Shown here in pieces: positions 16,041-16,724 of a DNA stretch of 16,724 nt. Source of the stretch: Chthoniobacteraceae bacterium (GTDB lineage: Bacteria; Verrucomicrobiota; Verrucomicrobiia; Chthoniobacterales; Chthoniobacteraceae); contig JANNWY010000045.1 in NCBI GenBank assembly GCA_031409335.1, positions 1 to 16,724 on the forward strand, in the 5' to 3' direction. Each line of letters begins with the position of its first letter. Position 1 is the stretch's first letter. Position numbers and translations under genes: made by a program. A model generated the notes under the pieces. The model saw nothing but the letters and a program-made list of their open reading frames with translations. It ran no database searches and was not told where the DNA came from.

Positions 16041-16652
16041 TTACCGGCTCAACCGCACCCGGCCCGACATCGCGCGACTGAGCGTGAGTTCGTCCGCGTG
16101 TTCGAGACCGCCGCCCGCGGGCAGTCCATGCGCGAGCCGTGTTACCGCCACGGGCAACTCGCGGAGTAGGTCCACGAGATAGTTTGCGGTCGCTTCACCT
16201 TCCACATCGGCACCGAGCGCGAGGATGATTTCGGTGGGTGGCTGCGTCTTGATGCGATCCATCAGCGCGTCGATGTGAAGGTCTTCGGGGCCGACGTGAT
16301 CGAGCGGCGCGATGCGGCCGCCGAGCGTGTGGTAGAGGCCGCGGAAAACGCTGGTGCGTTCGAGCGGGAGAATATCGGTGGCCTGTTCGACGACGCAGAG
16401 CTGCGTCCGGTCGCGCGTCGCATCCGCGCAGATTTCGCAGAGCGGTTCAGTGGTGAAAAAGCCGCACTGTCCGCACGGGCGGATGCTCGCGGTAACATCG
16501 GTGACTGCGCGCGCGATCTCGGCGGGCCGCGCGTCACGCGATTGCATCATCCACAGCGCGATCCGCTCGGCGCTGCGCGGGCCGATGCCGGGCATGCGCT
16601 TGAGTTCCGCGATGAGCGTGCGGATGGCCGCGGGATACTCGATGCGCTTCAT
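16041..16652 (-). CDS. recR: Recombination mediator RecR
   Basis: HhH motif MPGIGPRSAERIA, C4 zinc finger CGQC...LCEIC, Toprim CVVE, YHTLGG, EGEATA, and GGGLEHADELTL. Confidence 0.98.
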   Translation of the reverse strand: MKRIEYPAAIRTLIAELKRMPGIGPRSAERIALWMMQSRDARPAEIARAVTDVTASIRPCGQCGFFTTEPLCEICADATRDRTQLCVVEQATDILPLERTSVFRGLYHTLGGRIAPLDHVGPEDLHIDALMDRIKTQPPTEIILALGADVEGEATANYLVDLLRELPVAVTRLAHGLPAGGGLEHADELTLSRAMSGRVRLSR

Positions 16653-16669
16653 GTGCGGGAAGTCCCCCA

Positions 16670-16708
16670 GTTCGATGTCCGATGTTCGATGTTCGACGTT
16701 CGATGTTC
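16670..16708. repeat. Heptamer tandem repeat (GTTCGAT)x5, imperfect, upstream of recR
   Basis: GTTCGAT GTCCGAT GTTCGAT GTTCGAC GTTCGAT GTTC. Confidence 0.9.
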
Positions 16709-16724
16709 AGCCCGCCGCAGGCGC

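Noticed and set aside
16707..16724. Possible 3' end of an upstream - strand gene (APAAG-stop)
   Set aside because: Only six codons are visible, too little to support a call.

Overview
GC-rich bacterial chromosomal segment. Protein styles, SD-poor leaders and a YSKDK/KEM-type motif in the outer-membrane receptor suggest Verrucomicrobiota, possibly Chthoniobacterales (inference). Gene order: 3' end of a DUF3500-like gene (+); an exported cytochrome c / copper-monooxygenase-like / TPR fusion protein (-); a coupled pair of small genes (basic hypothetical protein, SEC-C protein) (+); tpiA, pgk and a VOC/PhnB-like gene (-); a structured ~150-nt intergenic element; a Gfo/Idh/MocA oxidoreductase and an MFS transporter (+); a SAM methyltransferase-like gene and an EboC-like UbiA prenyltransferase (+); a DinG/YoaA helicase (+); a TonB-dependent receptor (-); recR (-). 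I saw no rRNA, tRNA, CRISPR array or transposase. Best leads: (1) a candidate unannotated structured RNA at ~5906-6060; (2) the heme-c + Cu-monooxygenase + TPR fusion, with an in-frame 7-bp tandem repeat and a 189-bp convergent overlap; (3) a eukaryote-type PGK; (4) several short-period (6/7/9-nt) tandem and inverted repeat elements at gene junctions. All family assignments come from motif recognition by eye; no searches were run.
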